Assembly: GCA_017610385.1 (NCBI GenBank)
Contig: JAFCCC010000001.1
Location: forward strand, 1 to 64,000
DNA from: Candidatus Nanohalarchaeota archaeon
Lineage (GTDB): Archaea; Nanohalarchaeota; Nanosalinia; Nanosalinales; JAFCCC01
Length of the DNA: 64,000 nucleotides
Reading direction: 5' to 3'
Below are positions 10,770 to 19,012 of the stretch, one piece after another; position 1 is the first letter of the stretch; every line of letters starts with the position of its first letter. Below the pieces are notes generated by a model. The model searched no databases. It saw nothing but the letters and a program-made list of their open reading frames with translations, and was not told where the DNA came from. Position numbers and translations under genes: made by a program.

Positions 10770-11334
10770 AGCAGAAATATATCTTAAAAAAAATTCTATA
10801 ATTAAACGGAGAATTAATAAAGGGTATAGACAAGCAGAATTAGATTCAAAACTTATAAATAGTAGAACAAAATCTGAAGTAAAGATCTTAAGTAAATTAG
10901 AGAGGTTGGGTGTTCCTGTTCCAACAATAAAATTTTCTAACAAATCTGAAATAGAAATGGAATACTTAGACGGACCTATTTTAAAAAACATAATAGAAAA
11001 GAATTTAGATTTATGTGAAAAAATAGGAAACAATATCGCACTCTTGCATAAAAATGGGATAATTCATGGAGATTTAACAACATCAAATATGATTTTAAAA
11101 GATTCTAAAGTTTATTTTATTGATTTGGGACTTGGTTTTTTCTCAGATAGAATAGAAGACAAAGCAGTAGATTTACATTTATTATATCAGGTTTTAGAGA
11201 GCACTCATTCTAGCGTAGCGAATGAAGCATTCTCTAAAATTCTAAAAGCGTATCAGAAAAATTATATTAAAGGAAAGGAAGTCATAAATCGCTTAGAAAA
11301 GGTTGAGCTTAGAGGACGATATAAAAAGAATTAA
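10744..11334 (+). CDS. bud32: KEOPS kinase Bud32
   Basis: GAEA, IIHGDLTTSN, IDLGL, EDKAVDL, RGRY. Confidence 0.95.
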   Translation: MKLIKSGAEAEIYLKKNSIIKRRINKGYRQAELDSKLINSRTKSEVKILSKLERLGVPVPTIKFSNKSEIEMEYLDGPILKNIIEKNLDLCEKIGNNIALLHKNGIIHGDLTTSNMILKDSKVYFIDLGLGFFSDRIEDKAVDLHLLYQVLESTHSSVANEAFSKILKAYQKNYIKGKEVINRLEKVELRGRYKKN

Positions 11335-11948
11335 TTTTCTAATAAAGTTTTCATTCCTTTAACGTGCCCGGCACCGACAAAAACCAATATTTTCTCAAAT
11401 TCGGTTTCTAACAACTTTAATTTTTGAACCATAAGTTTATTTCTATCAGAAATTAAAACTTTGTAAAATTGAGGCAAAAATTTCTTAAATTCTTTTAAAA
11501 CCATATCAATTAATTTCTGAGACGGAACTTCTTTTAGATCCAACTGTAAATTTTTTTTACTATTAAATGGAACAAAAATAGATAACAGAGCGAACACGAT
11601 CTTAATTTTTTCTCTCGCTGGAATTCTTTTGAATTTTAGAACAGTAATTCCAATATCTTGATCAATTAACGCCATAGGAATTTTTCTAATTTTTGCTTGA
11701 TTATATGCCTCAAGCATTTCTCTACCAGGAATAATATTTACTTTTTTTCCAAAATATTTTTGTACTCTTTCCATTAAGAAAAAAATAGGGGTTCTGCTCT
11801 TTTTTAATCCTTTTTCGCCTAATAGTGCTTTAAGTCTTAATTCATCTAATTCTATAGCAATCAAATCTGGTTTTTCTTTATCAATTATTGTTTTAATCTG
11901 ATTAACTATCTTCTCGGAAATATGAGATGTGCCATAAATAGAAATCAT
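11331..11948 (-). CDS. TraB/PrgY family protein
   Basis: GTSHIS, IELD..R, DRN, VGAGH. Confidence 0.9.
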   Translation of the reverse strand: MISIYGTSHISEKIVNQIKTIIDKEKPDLIAIELDELRLKALLGEKGLKKSRTPIFFLMERVQKYFGKKVNIIPGREMLEAYNQAKIRKIPMALIDQDIGITVLKFKRIPAREKIKIVFALLSIFVPFNSKKNLQLDLKEVPSQKLIDMVLKEFKKFLPQFYKVLISDRNKLMVQKLKLLETEFEKILVFVGAGHVKGMKTLLEN

Positions 11949-11990
11949 AAAAAGGACATTAAATTAAAGTCTTTAATAGCTTTGTTATTT

Positions 11991-12723
11991 TTATTTGGAA
12001 ATTACCAAATAATTCAAAGCGTCCTGAATTGTTTTTACTTCTTTAATTGAAATTCCTGTTTGTTCTGAAAGATTTATTTTTTTACTGGTCAGTTCTGCAG
12101 CACAAAATTCTGCTTTTCCATAAATTTGACAATAATCCTCTGTCGTAGTCTCAATTAACTCACTTTGAGTGTATGGAACTAAAAATAAGGATTTGCCAAG
12201 TGATTTAGCTGCTTCTGCTTTTTCAGTAAGACCCTTTGCAGGACCAATTGTTCCATCGTGATTAATTGTGCCTGTAATTATTACATCATTATTTAAGGTA
12301 TAATTTAACAAAGCAGAAATGGTTGCTATTGTTAATGCGGCACCTGCAGAAGCACCTTCTATTGCTGGTGCATCAATATCTATGTGATAAACAACATCAT
12401 ACTTGTTTAAATCCTTTTTGGTATATTTAAAAGCATAATATGCGGCGGTTCTAGCAGAATATTCTGTATCTTCGTTGAGTAGAATATTTCCAACATCCGT
12501 TAGTATTAAACCGGTTCCTTTTTTGATTATAACTACAACCCGTCCAGCTATACCTGTTTCATCAGAAGAAATTGCGGGAATACTGATTATTGGAAAGTTC
12601 TCGGAAAAAACCGTGGGAGGTATTAATTCCAAAACCCACAAAGAAAGCTAAAATAACCATAATTAATAGTAAAATAACATAAATGTTAGTAGGAATTACG
12701 TGGTTTTTTGAAGTTTTTTCCAT
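11991..12723 (-). CDS. membrane-anchored Lon-like S16 serine protease, frame-disrupted near the 5' end
   Basis: EGASAGAA (Ser), ITGTI..DGTIGP..GL.EK (Lys); ATG at 12723 plus TM segment lie in another frame. Confidence 0.8.
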
Positions 12724-12758
12724 AGCTATCTTTTCTAAAATTTCATATATAAAATAAT

Positions 12759-13018
12759 GGGAATGCCAGAAAATGGACTTCTTTGAAAATCAGGTTAATC
12801 CATATCTTTTCTCTCCTCCGCGACCCCACAAACATTCAAAATACAGTTTATGGCTGCTCCCGTCAAGGTCTGACCCATTCGCTGCAAGTTAAATCCTGCA
12901 GGACGGAGAATCAACGTCCAGATATGGGCCATCTCCTCGAAGTAGCCTCTTCTCTGACTTCGACTCCGCTATAGAGGGTTTGCGGTAACAAGTTTCCCCT
13001 AAAAACCCAGTCTATCCC
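12759..13018 (-). ncRNA. ffs: archaeal SRP (7S) RNA
   Basis: helix 8 GGUCAGACCU-UGAC-GGGAGCAGCC; helix 6 CUGCAGG/CUUGCAG; paired ends GGGA/UCCC; TATA upstream. Confidence 0.88.
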
Positions 13019-13195
13019 AATGTAAAAATTCATCAGCATTTATATAACCTTTATGCCTGATTTTAGAAACAAATTTAAATCTGAATACAAAGTTATAGAA
13101 TAGGACAATGAAAAGTGATTGCCTTTGTCGGTGCCATTAACGGTCAAATTCTTTTATCAAGTTTAAAAACTAAAAAATCAATTAATTTAAAAAAT

Positions 13196-13266
13196 GCTGG
13201 GATGGCAGATCGGCCATGCGTCCGCCTGCAGAGCGGAATAGAGGGGTTCGACTCCCTTTCCTAGCT
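13196..13266 (+). tRNA. tRNA-Cys(GCA)
   Basis: acceptor GCTGGGA/TCCTAGC; anticodon loop CT-GCA-GA; T-loop TTCGACT; U73. Confidence 0.95.
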
Positions 13267-13290
13267 TTCAAAAATTAGGAGGTAAGAGTT

Positions 13291-13662
13291 ATGATTACAG
13301 AGAAAGAGCAAAAAAGAACCGCAGTAAGACGTGGAGACCGATTAGATGTAGGTTATTCGTATCTTGGCGCAGAAGTAATCCAAATAGAAGAAGAATTAAG
13401 AGATTTGGGTTATTATCCTACCACAGAAAAAGGACACTTAAAAGCAGAAGTAGCTGGAGGATTCGCTTATTTTGGGGAATTTAAAGCGAGAGTTTGTCCA
13501 ACACACCCAACAATAGACTTAGATCCAGATGTGCTAAAGATACTTTATGATTATTACCCACATTCAACGTCGGGTCGGAGGGAACTTTTAAATATTGTTG
13601 TCGGAATATCCTTTGCCAATTATGCATATCTAGGACTTATACTGGAGAAATATCTCTCTTAA
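13291..13662 (+). CDS. hypothetical protein
   Basis: GGAGGT Shine-Dalgarno, 123 aa. Confidence 0.7.
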   Translation: MITEKEQKRTAVRRGDRLDVGYSYLGAEVIQIEEELRDLGYYPTTEKGHLKAEVAGGFAYFGEFKARVCPTHPTIDLDPDVLKILYDYYPHSTSGRRELLNIVVGISFANYAYLGLILEKYLS

Positions 13663-13670
13663 GTATCGCA

Positions 13671-15071
13671 ATGAAAAAAATTTCAGTAGTTTTGTTTAAC
13701 ACCCTCTCACGAGAGAAAGAAGTTTTCAAACCAATTAAAGAGAAAACGGTGGGTCTTTACTCGTGTGGGCCAACCGTCTATCTTCATGCACATATAGGAA
13801 ATATGCGAGCGTATCTTTTTGTGGATTTCCTTCGCAGAACTTTAGAATACAATGGATTTAAAGTGAAACACGTAATGAACATTACAGATGTAGGACACTT
13901 ATTTGGAGACGAAGATGATGGCAAAGACAAAATGGAAGAAAGCGCTAAAAGAGAGAAAAAGAATATTTGGGATGTTGCAAAACATTATACAGATCTTTTT
14001 CTTAAGGACATTGATTCTTTGAATATATTAAGAGCAAATATACTGCCCCGAGCAACAGATCACATAAAAGATCAGATTGAATTGATTAAAACTTTAGAGA
14101 AGAAAGGTTACACTTACAGAATTTCTGATGGGATTTATTTTGATACCTCAAAATTAAAAGAATATGGTAAATTAGCGCGTTTGAATTTGAAAGGACTAAA
14201 GGAAGGTGCTAGAGTTAAAAAAAATATTGAAAAGAAAAATCCAACAGATTTTGCGCTTTGGAAATTCTCTCCAAAAGATAAGAAAAGGCAAATGGAATGG
14301 GATTCTCCATGGGGAATTGGTTTTCCTGGCTGGCACATAGAGTGTTCTACAATGTCTACAAAATACCTGGGGCAACCATTTGACATTCACACAGGAGGAA
14401 TTGACCACATTCCTGTTCATCACGTAAACGAAATTGCGCAAAGCGAAGCAGCATATGATAAACCATTAGCAAATTTTTGGATGCATAATGCATTTTTAAA
14501 CTTAAAAAATGGTAAAATGAGCAAATCAGAAGGTAAAATTTTAGTTTTGGATGATTTAATAAAAATGGGTTTCAGTGCATTAGACTTTAGATATTTAGTT
14601 TTAACGTCTCATTATCGTTCAGAGTTGAAATTTTCTAAAGAATCAATGATTGCTGCGCATAATACGTTTAATAGATTGAAAGAATATGTAATAGAACTTA
14701 AAAAAACTGCAAAAAATAAAATAAACAATGAAAATATTGAAAAATTCAAAGAGATGTTCTTAAAAGCAATTAATACTGATCTAAATACACCCGAAGCCTT
14801 AAGCGTTCTTTGGAAGGTTATTCGTTCGAATTTGAACACAGAAGAAAAATTAATTTTGATTGAAGATTTTGATCAGGTGTTAGGTTTGGGTTTGAAAGAT
14901 CTTAAAAACGAGTCAAAAATACCAAAAGAAATAGAAAAAGTAGTAAAAAAACGAGAAATTGCTCGCAAAGGAAAAAAATGGGCGGAAGCAGACAAACTAA
15001 GAAATTTAATTCTAGAAAAAGGATTTATTGTAGAAGACAGAAAAAGTGGACCAATGATAAAAAAGGCTTAA
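13671..15071 (+). CDS. cysS: cysteine--tRNA ligase
   Basis: CGPTVY, HIGN, GFPGWHIECS, KMSKS. Confidence 0.98.
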   Translation: MKKISVVLFNTLSREKEVFKPIKEKTVGLYSCGPTVYLHAHIGNMRAYLFVDFLRRTLEYNGFKVKHVMNITDVGHLFGDEDDGKDKMEESAKREKKNIWDVAKHYTDLFLKDIDSLNILRANILPRATDHIKDQIELIKTLEKKGYTYRISDGIYFDTSKLKEYGKLARLNLKGLKEGARVKKNIEKKNPTDFALWKFSPKDKKRQMEWDSPWGIGFPGWHIECSTMSTKYLGQPFDIHTGGIDHIPVHHVNEIAQSEAAYDKPLANFWMHNAFLNLKNGKMSKSEGKILVLDDLIKMGFSALDFRYLVLTSHYRSELKFSKESMIAAHNTFNRLKEYVIELKKTAKNKINNENIEKFKEMFLKAINTDLNTPEALSVLWKVIRSNLNTEEKLILIEDFDQVLGLGLKDLKNESKIPKEIEKVVKKREIARKGKKWAEADKLRNLILEKGFIVEDRKSGPMIKKA

Positions 15072-15111
15072 TTTTTATAAAGTGAAGAATTCAATTTATA
15101 CTTGATAAATT

Positions 15112-15363
15112 ATGGAAGATCTTCCCGAAGGCAAATTAATAGTATTTTGGATTGCGGGTTCTTTAGCAATCGTTTTTGGTGCATGGATTGCGGGTCATGT
15201 AGAAACAACCTTGGGTGTCACCACAGGAAGTTATGCATTAGCAATTATAATTGCAACACTATTGATAATGTTCGGAGGACTTTCTTGGATTGCGGTAGCA
15301 GTTACTGTAGCGCAGGAAAAGGAATTAGAAATAGAACGCGCAAAAAAACACAGAAAACATTAA
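15112..15363 (+). CDS. small 2-TM membrane protein
   Basis: two hydrophobic helices; TATA upstream. Confidence 0.75.
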   Translation: MEDLPEGKLIVFWIAGSLAIVFGAWIAGHVETTLGVTTGSYALAIIIATLLIMFGGLSWIAVAVTVAQEKELEIERAKKHRKH

Positions 15364-15527
15364 TTTTTATTTCTATAAAGATCTCTTTTTACCATTTCTG
15401 CAATATTCGTACCTAAAAATCCTTTAATAAAATTTACCTGTTTTGCTTTTTCTTCTTCTGTTGGGGACATATTCATAATTTTTACAGATTCCTATAAAAA
15501 TGTTCGTGTTATAGATAAATGTAATAT

Positions 15528-15763
15528 AGCCCGGTAGTGTAGTGGCCAAATAATCTTTTGATTAGGCTAGGCATAGGGGGTTTTGGGCGAACTTCCGTTC
15601 AAAACAGTGAGCACAGTTGTGCGGTGATCGGAAAAATCCCTCTGACTCAGGTTCGAATTCGAACTGCTGTCAGTTCGATCAATAAAGGCGACATTCATTT
15701 AGTGAAGTCTCCTTACCATACTTTTAATGACTGACACATTCAACGAAAATCCTGGCCGGGCTA
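15528..15763 (+). tRNA. tRNA-Gln(UUG) with three introns: 15550-15570 (21/22), 15587-15636 (37/38), 15658-15749 (59/60)
   Basis: spliced sequence AGCCCGGTAGTGTAGTGGCCAA|GCATAGGGGGTTTTGG|TCCCTCTGACTCAGGTTCGAA|TCCTGGCCGGGCTA folds as a cloverleaf; each junction forms a BHB. Confidence 0.92.
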
Positions 15764-15786
15764 TTCTTTTATTTTTAATACTTAGA

Positions 15787-15804
15787 ACTCCGAGCGCTCG
15801 GAGT
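15787..15804. repeat. perfect 18-bp palindrome (REP-like); related copy at about 58103-58122
   Basis: ACTCCGAGCGCTCGGAGT. Confidence 0.8.
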
Positions 15805-15843
15805 ACGAGTAACTGAATTACTCTATAGTGTTTACCTATAGAC

Positions 15844-15876
15844 CTCTCTGATTTGCGCGGTAAAAGGATGTGGGGG
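15844..15876 (+). repeat. intergenic motif, copy R1
   Basis: CTCTCTGATTTGCGCGGTAAAAGGATGTGGGGG. Confidence 0.65.
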
Positions 15877-15953
15877 AATCTGGTTTCGGAGTTTGAGGGG
15901 AAGCGTATGGATTCATTACAAAAGATTAAAAACCTTTAGAACAATGCTAAAGT

Positions 15954-16402
15954 ATGAGCCTTAACTATGACACTCTAAGGCGAACCGCATCTGGTATCTG
16001 GGAAAAATTAAAGTTCCATGTTATTTTCTTGCAGGAGCATCCCTGGCGGCTATCTTAGCAGGACTATCTGATTTAGATAAGACATATCGAGAGGAAATAA
16101 ATCAGAATTTAGTTAGAATGAGACTACTTGCAGATTCTGTAATTTCAACAACAATAAACTTAAATGGAAATCCAAATGATCTTACTTGGGAAGAACAAAG
16201 GGCTTTGCTATCCGGAATAAAATTTGAAGGGTTACAAATAGAAGGAACACCTATAGAAGTATTGCCTTGGTATTCTAAAGATGTTAAGGGATTTCAAACT
16301 CCAGAATATGGTCTGATGGTTGTGTACGGGAACAATAGACAAATTATATCCCCTGAAGTTGCTGAAGCATATCTTCAAGAAAATAATTCTTCTTCCAAAT
16401 AA
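15954..16402 (+). pseudogene. hypothetical membrane-anchored protein, frameshifted at an A-tract near 16002-16007
   Basis: MSLNYDTLRRTASGIWEK joins IKVPCYFLAGASLAAILAG...MRLLADS in the -1 frame. Confidence 0.55.
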
Positions 16403-16452
16403 CCTCCACACCTTCTATCGGGGGTTTTTCCTTTGGGAGGGAATGCAATCGG

Positions 16453-16485
16453 CTCTGAGAGTTACACGGTGGAAGTATATAGGAG
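16453..16485 (+). repeat. intergenic motif, copy R2
   Basis: CTCTGAGAGTTACACGGTGGAAGTATATAGGAG. Confidence 0.8.
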
Positions 16486-16513
16486 ATTTAAAATAAGAAA
16501 ACAAATAAGTGGT

Positions 16514-17263
16514 ATGGCATATCAGGAACTAAAAAAGAAGGATTTTTTAAATGACTTCGAAATGACAGAAGATCTAATTCCAGACTTCCTCGTAGTTGAA
16601 GGATTATATGATTTCAACAATCAGCTAAAAAAACGACAGAAATTTTTTGATAAGATAATTTTTGAAAGTAAGAGCAATTTCTTTTTTATTGGGGAGAAAA
16701 AAGGATTAAAAATTGGGTACTGTTGTGCTTATGGTCCAACACTTTCAGGTGAACTTGTTCATCAATTTGCTGTATTCGGTTCAAAAATTATACAAATTGG
16801 TTGTTATGGAGGACTCCAAAAAAAGAGCAATATCGGAGATTTCTTAATTGCCTCAGAAGTTAAGGCATTGGATGGGGTGTCTAAGTTTTATCAAAATAAT
16901 ACAGAAAAGATACTGCCGTCACAAAAGCTTTTGACAGTTATTGAAAAAGAAATTAAAACTCAAAGATTGCCATATTATAAAGAAAAACTTATTTCTTCGC
17001 CGACAATGTTGGGAGAATCTATAAAAATAATAAAAAGTTGGTCTAACGCAGGATTTTTTGGTGTAGATATGGAAACGGCATCGACACTTGCAATTGCCAA
17101 CCATTTCAACGTAGCTTCAGCATCAATATTGTATCTATTTGATTTAGTTATCCACGGACAAACAGTTCTTGATAAAAACACAGAAGACCAGAAAATTCGA
17201 AAGTTAAGAGATGAACAGATGATGTCTATAGTCTTTAATGTAATTAAAAATTACCGGGAATAG
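16514..17263 (+). CDS. nucleoside phosphorylase family protein (PNP/UDP)
   Basis: IQIGCYGG, DGVS..Y, GVDMETAS. Confidence 0.85.
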   Translation: MAYQELKKKDFLNDFEMTEDLIPDFLVVEGLYDFNNQLKKRQKFFDKIIFESKSNFFFIGEKKGLKIGYCCAYGPTLSGELVHQFAVFGSKIIQIGCYGGLQKKSNIGDFLIASEVKALDGVSKFYQNNTEKILPSQKLLTVIEKEIKTQRLPYYKEKLISSPTMLGESIKIIKSWSNAGFFGVDMETASTLAIANHFNVASASILYLFDLVIHGQTVLDKNTEDQKIRKLRDEQMMSIVFNVIKNYRE

Positions 17264-17305
17264 TATTTTAATTTCAATAATCCCTCACTTTCTGTCAGAA
17301 ACCGT

Positions 17306-17338
17306 CTCTATGATTTACATGGTAAAAGTAGATAAGAA
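17306..17338 (+). repeat. intergenic motif, copy R3
   Basis: CTCTATGATTTACATGGTAAAAGTAGATAAGAA. Confidence 0.75.
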
Positions 17339-17430
17339 GTTCGGAGTATGGTAAGTTTTTGTAGTTCGAGACGGGAATACGATACAAAAACAATACACTC
17401 CTTTTTAAAAAGTGAGCCGAACAGTTAATC

Positions 17431-17832
17431 ATGGCTGAAAAGCCGACAAAATACAAAGAGCCAACTGCAGAAGGTATTGCATATCTTGAAGCACGAGGTT
17501 TTGAACTTAGAGAATGGGATAAAAAGTTATCTCCTGCACAAAGACCTATTCCTAGATTAGAATTGACTCGTGGAGCATTTTATAAGAACGTGCCGTCTGG
17601 GGGCGTTCTAGGTACAAGCGGTGCAACACCATGGAATCCCACAAACGGTGAAACAGAGGCCTTGGTTAACGCACTCGCGTATATGATTTCAGAAACAAGA
17701 GACGATGGAAATCTAACTAGACATACTGAGCCAGGCGAACCAATACCTATTTTTATTAAACAGGATACGTATCCTTCTTGGAGAGACGCTATCGAAGCAT
17801 TGATTGAAAGATTCCCACCCACTTCCCAATAA
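17431..17832 (+). CDS. hypothetical protein
   Basis: 133-aa ORF with TATA about 25 nt upstream. Confidence 0.7.
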   Translation: MAEKPTKYKEPTAEGIAYLEARGFELREWDKKLSPAQRPIPRLELTRGAFYKNVPSGGVLGTSGATPWNPTNGETEALVNALAYMISETRDDGNLTRHTEPGEPIPIFIKQDTYPSWRDAIEALIERFPPTSQ

Positions 17833-17864
17833 CCTAATGACTATTTCTTCCTGAATAAAACCTG

Positions 17865-17897
17865 CTCTGAGAGTTACACGGTAAAAGCATATAGGAA
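17865..17897 (+). repeat. intergenic motif, copy R4
   Basis: CTCTGAGAGTTACACGGTAAAAGCATATAGGAA; first 18 nt identical to R2. Confidence 0.8.
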
Positions 17898-17969
17898 AGT
17901 AGATCTATGAGAACATTCTGGAATTTAAGCAATACATAATTTTAAATTTCTTGTAGATACTTTCAAGAT

Positions 17970-18299
17970 ATGGAAACCACAAAACCCCACACACTTCTAA
18001 GTTTTACAGGATATATTCATCATCCAGTTAAATATACTAGAACTTATCAAATCCAAGAAAATGGATTAAATAGATCGCTTATTGGAGAAACTCCAAGTAC
18101 TTTAGAGAACACTTACGGAATAACCCCGTTAAGAATTGGTCCAAGAACTCGCTGTAGGCATAATAGTGCGCACCAAAAAATTATACATGGGACAAAAATA
18201 GAAATCTGCGCAGGAGAAGAAACATTGCGTGATTTCGAAGAGGCAGTGGGTTTAGCTTCAGAAGAAGATCTTAATTTTGAACCAGAAGACACATATTGA
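17970..18299 (+). CDS. hypothetical protein
   Basis: 109-aa ORF with TATA upstream. Confidence 0.65.
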   Translation: METTKPHTLLSFTGYIHHPVKYTRTYQIQENGLNRSLIGETPSTLENTYGITPLRIGPRTRCRHNSAHQKIIHGTKIEICAGEETLRDFEEAVGLASEEDLNFEPEDTY

Positions 18300-18358
18300 G
18301 CGATTTAGCAAAATATTTAGAGGAGAGTAGTTTAGAATCCGTTAGAATCTGAAATGAG

Positions 18359-18378
18359 GTGGGTTGCTTGCACCTCGC
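18359..18378. repeat. 20-bp dispersed hairpin-forming repeat; second copy at 47563-47582
   Basis: GTGGGTTGCTTGCACCTCGC vs GTGGGTTGCTTGCAACTCGC. Confidence 0.7.
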
Positions 18379-18454
18379 TGTGCTTGTGAATTTTGTTCAC
18401 AAGTTAGGAAAACTCGTAAGAGTTTTACGTGGTGATCAAACTTCTTGAAGTTTG

Positions 18455-19012
18455 TTATAGAACTTCTGTTTTTCTAACTTCTAGAACTCTTAAAGGATAA
18501 ATTGTTTTAACAGACCTAAGAATTTTCTTTTGTAATGAATTCAAGAAAATTTCAGTCATAAAGCCGTTAAAATCTTTTTCTGCGGCGGCATTTACAACCA
18601 TCTCAGAAATCTTTGCTCTTAAATCATGTTTTGTCGCACTCTCTGTTCTTTTTAAAGTTATGGCTACTAATTTAACTCTTATTTTACTGCCGTCTTTGGT
18701 TTTAACATCTTGAATGATGTCTAATTTTGTGCTTCCTTTTCTTGCTAATCTAAATATATAAGAACGAGTGCAATCATGACCTTTTAAAACAGTTAAGGCT
18801 TTTTCTCCTTCAATAGATTTAACTTGTAAAAAAACATAAACATAATGTTTATCACTATTTTGCATTACTTTTTTTAATCCTATTTTCATTAGTCTATTCT
18901 TTAATTTCTTTGGGTCATCTGTCAAAGTCTCAGAAACCTCAACATCATTAAAAATATTTGGGGCAATGATTTTATACCAGGATTTTTTTGGTGTTTTAGT
19001 TTTTCTTGCCAT
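18455..19012 (-). CDS. rps3ae: 30S ribosomal protein S3Ae
   Basis: KSWYKIIAP..F, TKDG, IYPLR..EVRK. Confidence 0.95.
   Translation of the reverse strand: MARKTKTPKKSWYKIIAPNIFNDVEVSETLTDDPKKLKNRLMKIGLKKVMQNSDKHYVYVFLQVKSIEGEKALTVLKGHDCTRSYIFRLARKGSTKLDIIQDVKTKDGSKIRVKLVAITLKRTESATKHDLRAKISEMVVNAAAEKDFNGFMTEIFLNSLQKKILRSVKTIYPLRVLEVRKTEVL

Noticed and set aside
12783-12974. 63-aa ORF
   Set aside because: Antisense to the SRP RNA
13196-15071. tRNA-Cys next to cysS as an integrated element
   Set aside because: No att duplication or integrase seen
15102-15416. 104-aa Cys-rich ORF
   Set aside because: Alternative frame of the more plausible membrane protein at 15112-15363
15990-16020. Programmed -1 frameshift
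   Set aside because: No in-frame X XXY YYZ heptamer; a simple A-tract deletion or sequencing error is more likely
15844-17897. Island repeats as CRISPR, classical attC sites or DGR variable repeats
   Set aside because: Spacers are whole genes; no R-box/L-box hairpin seen; no reverse transcriptase or integrase in the window; not all variable sites fit adenine-only mutagenesis
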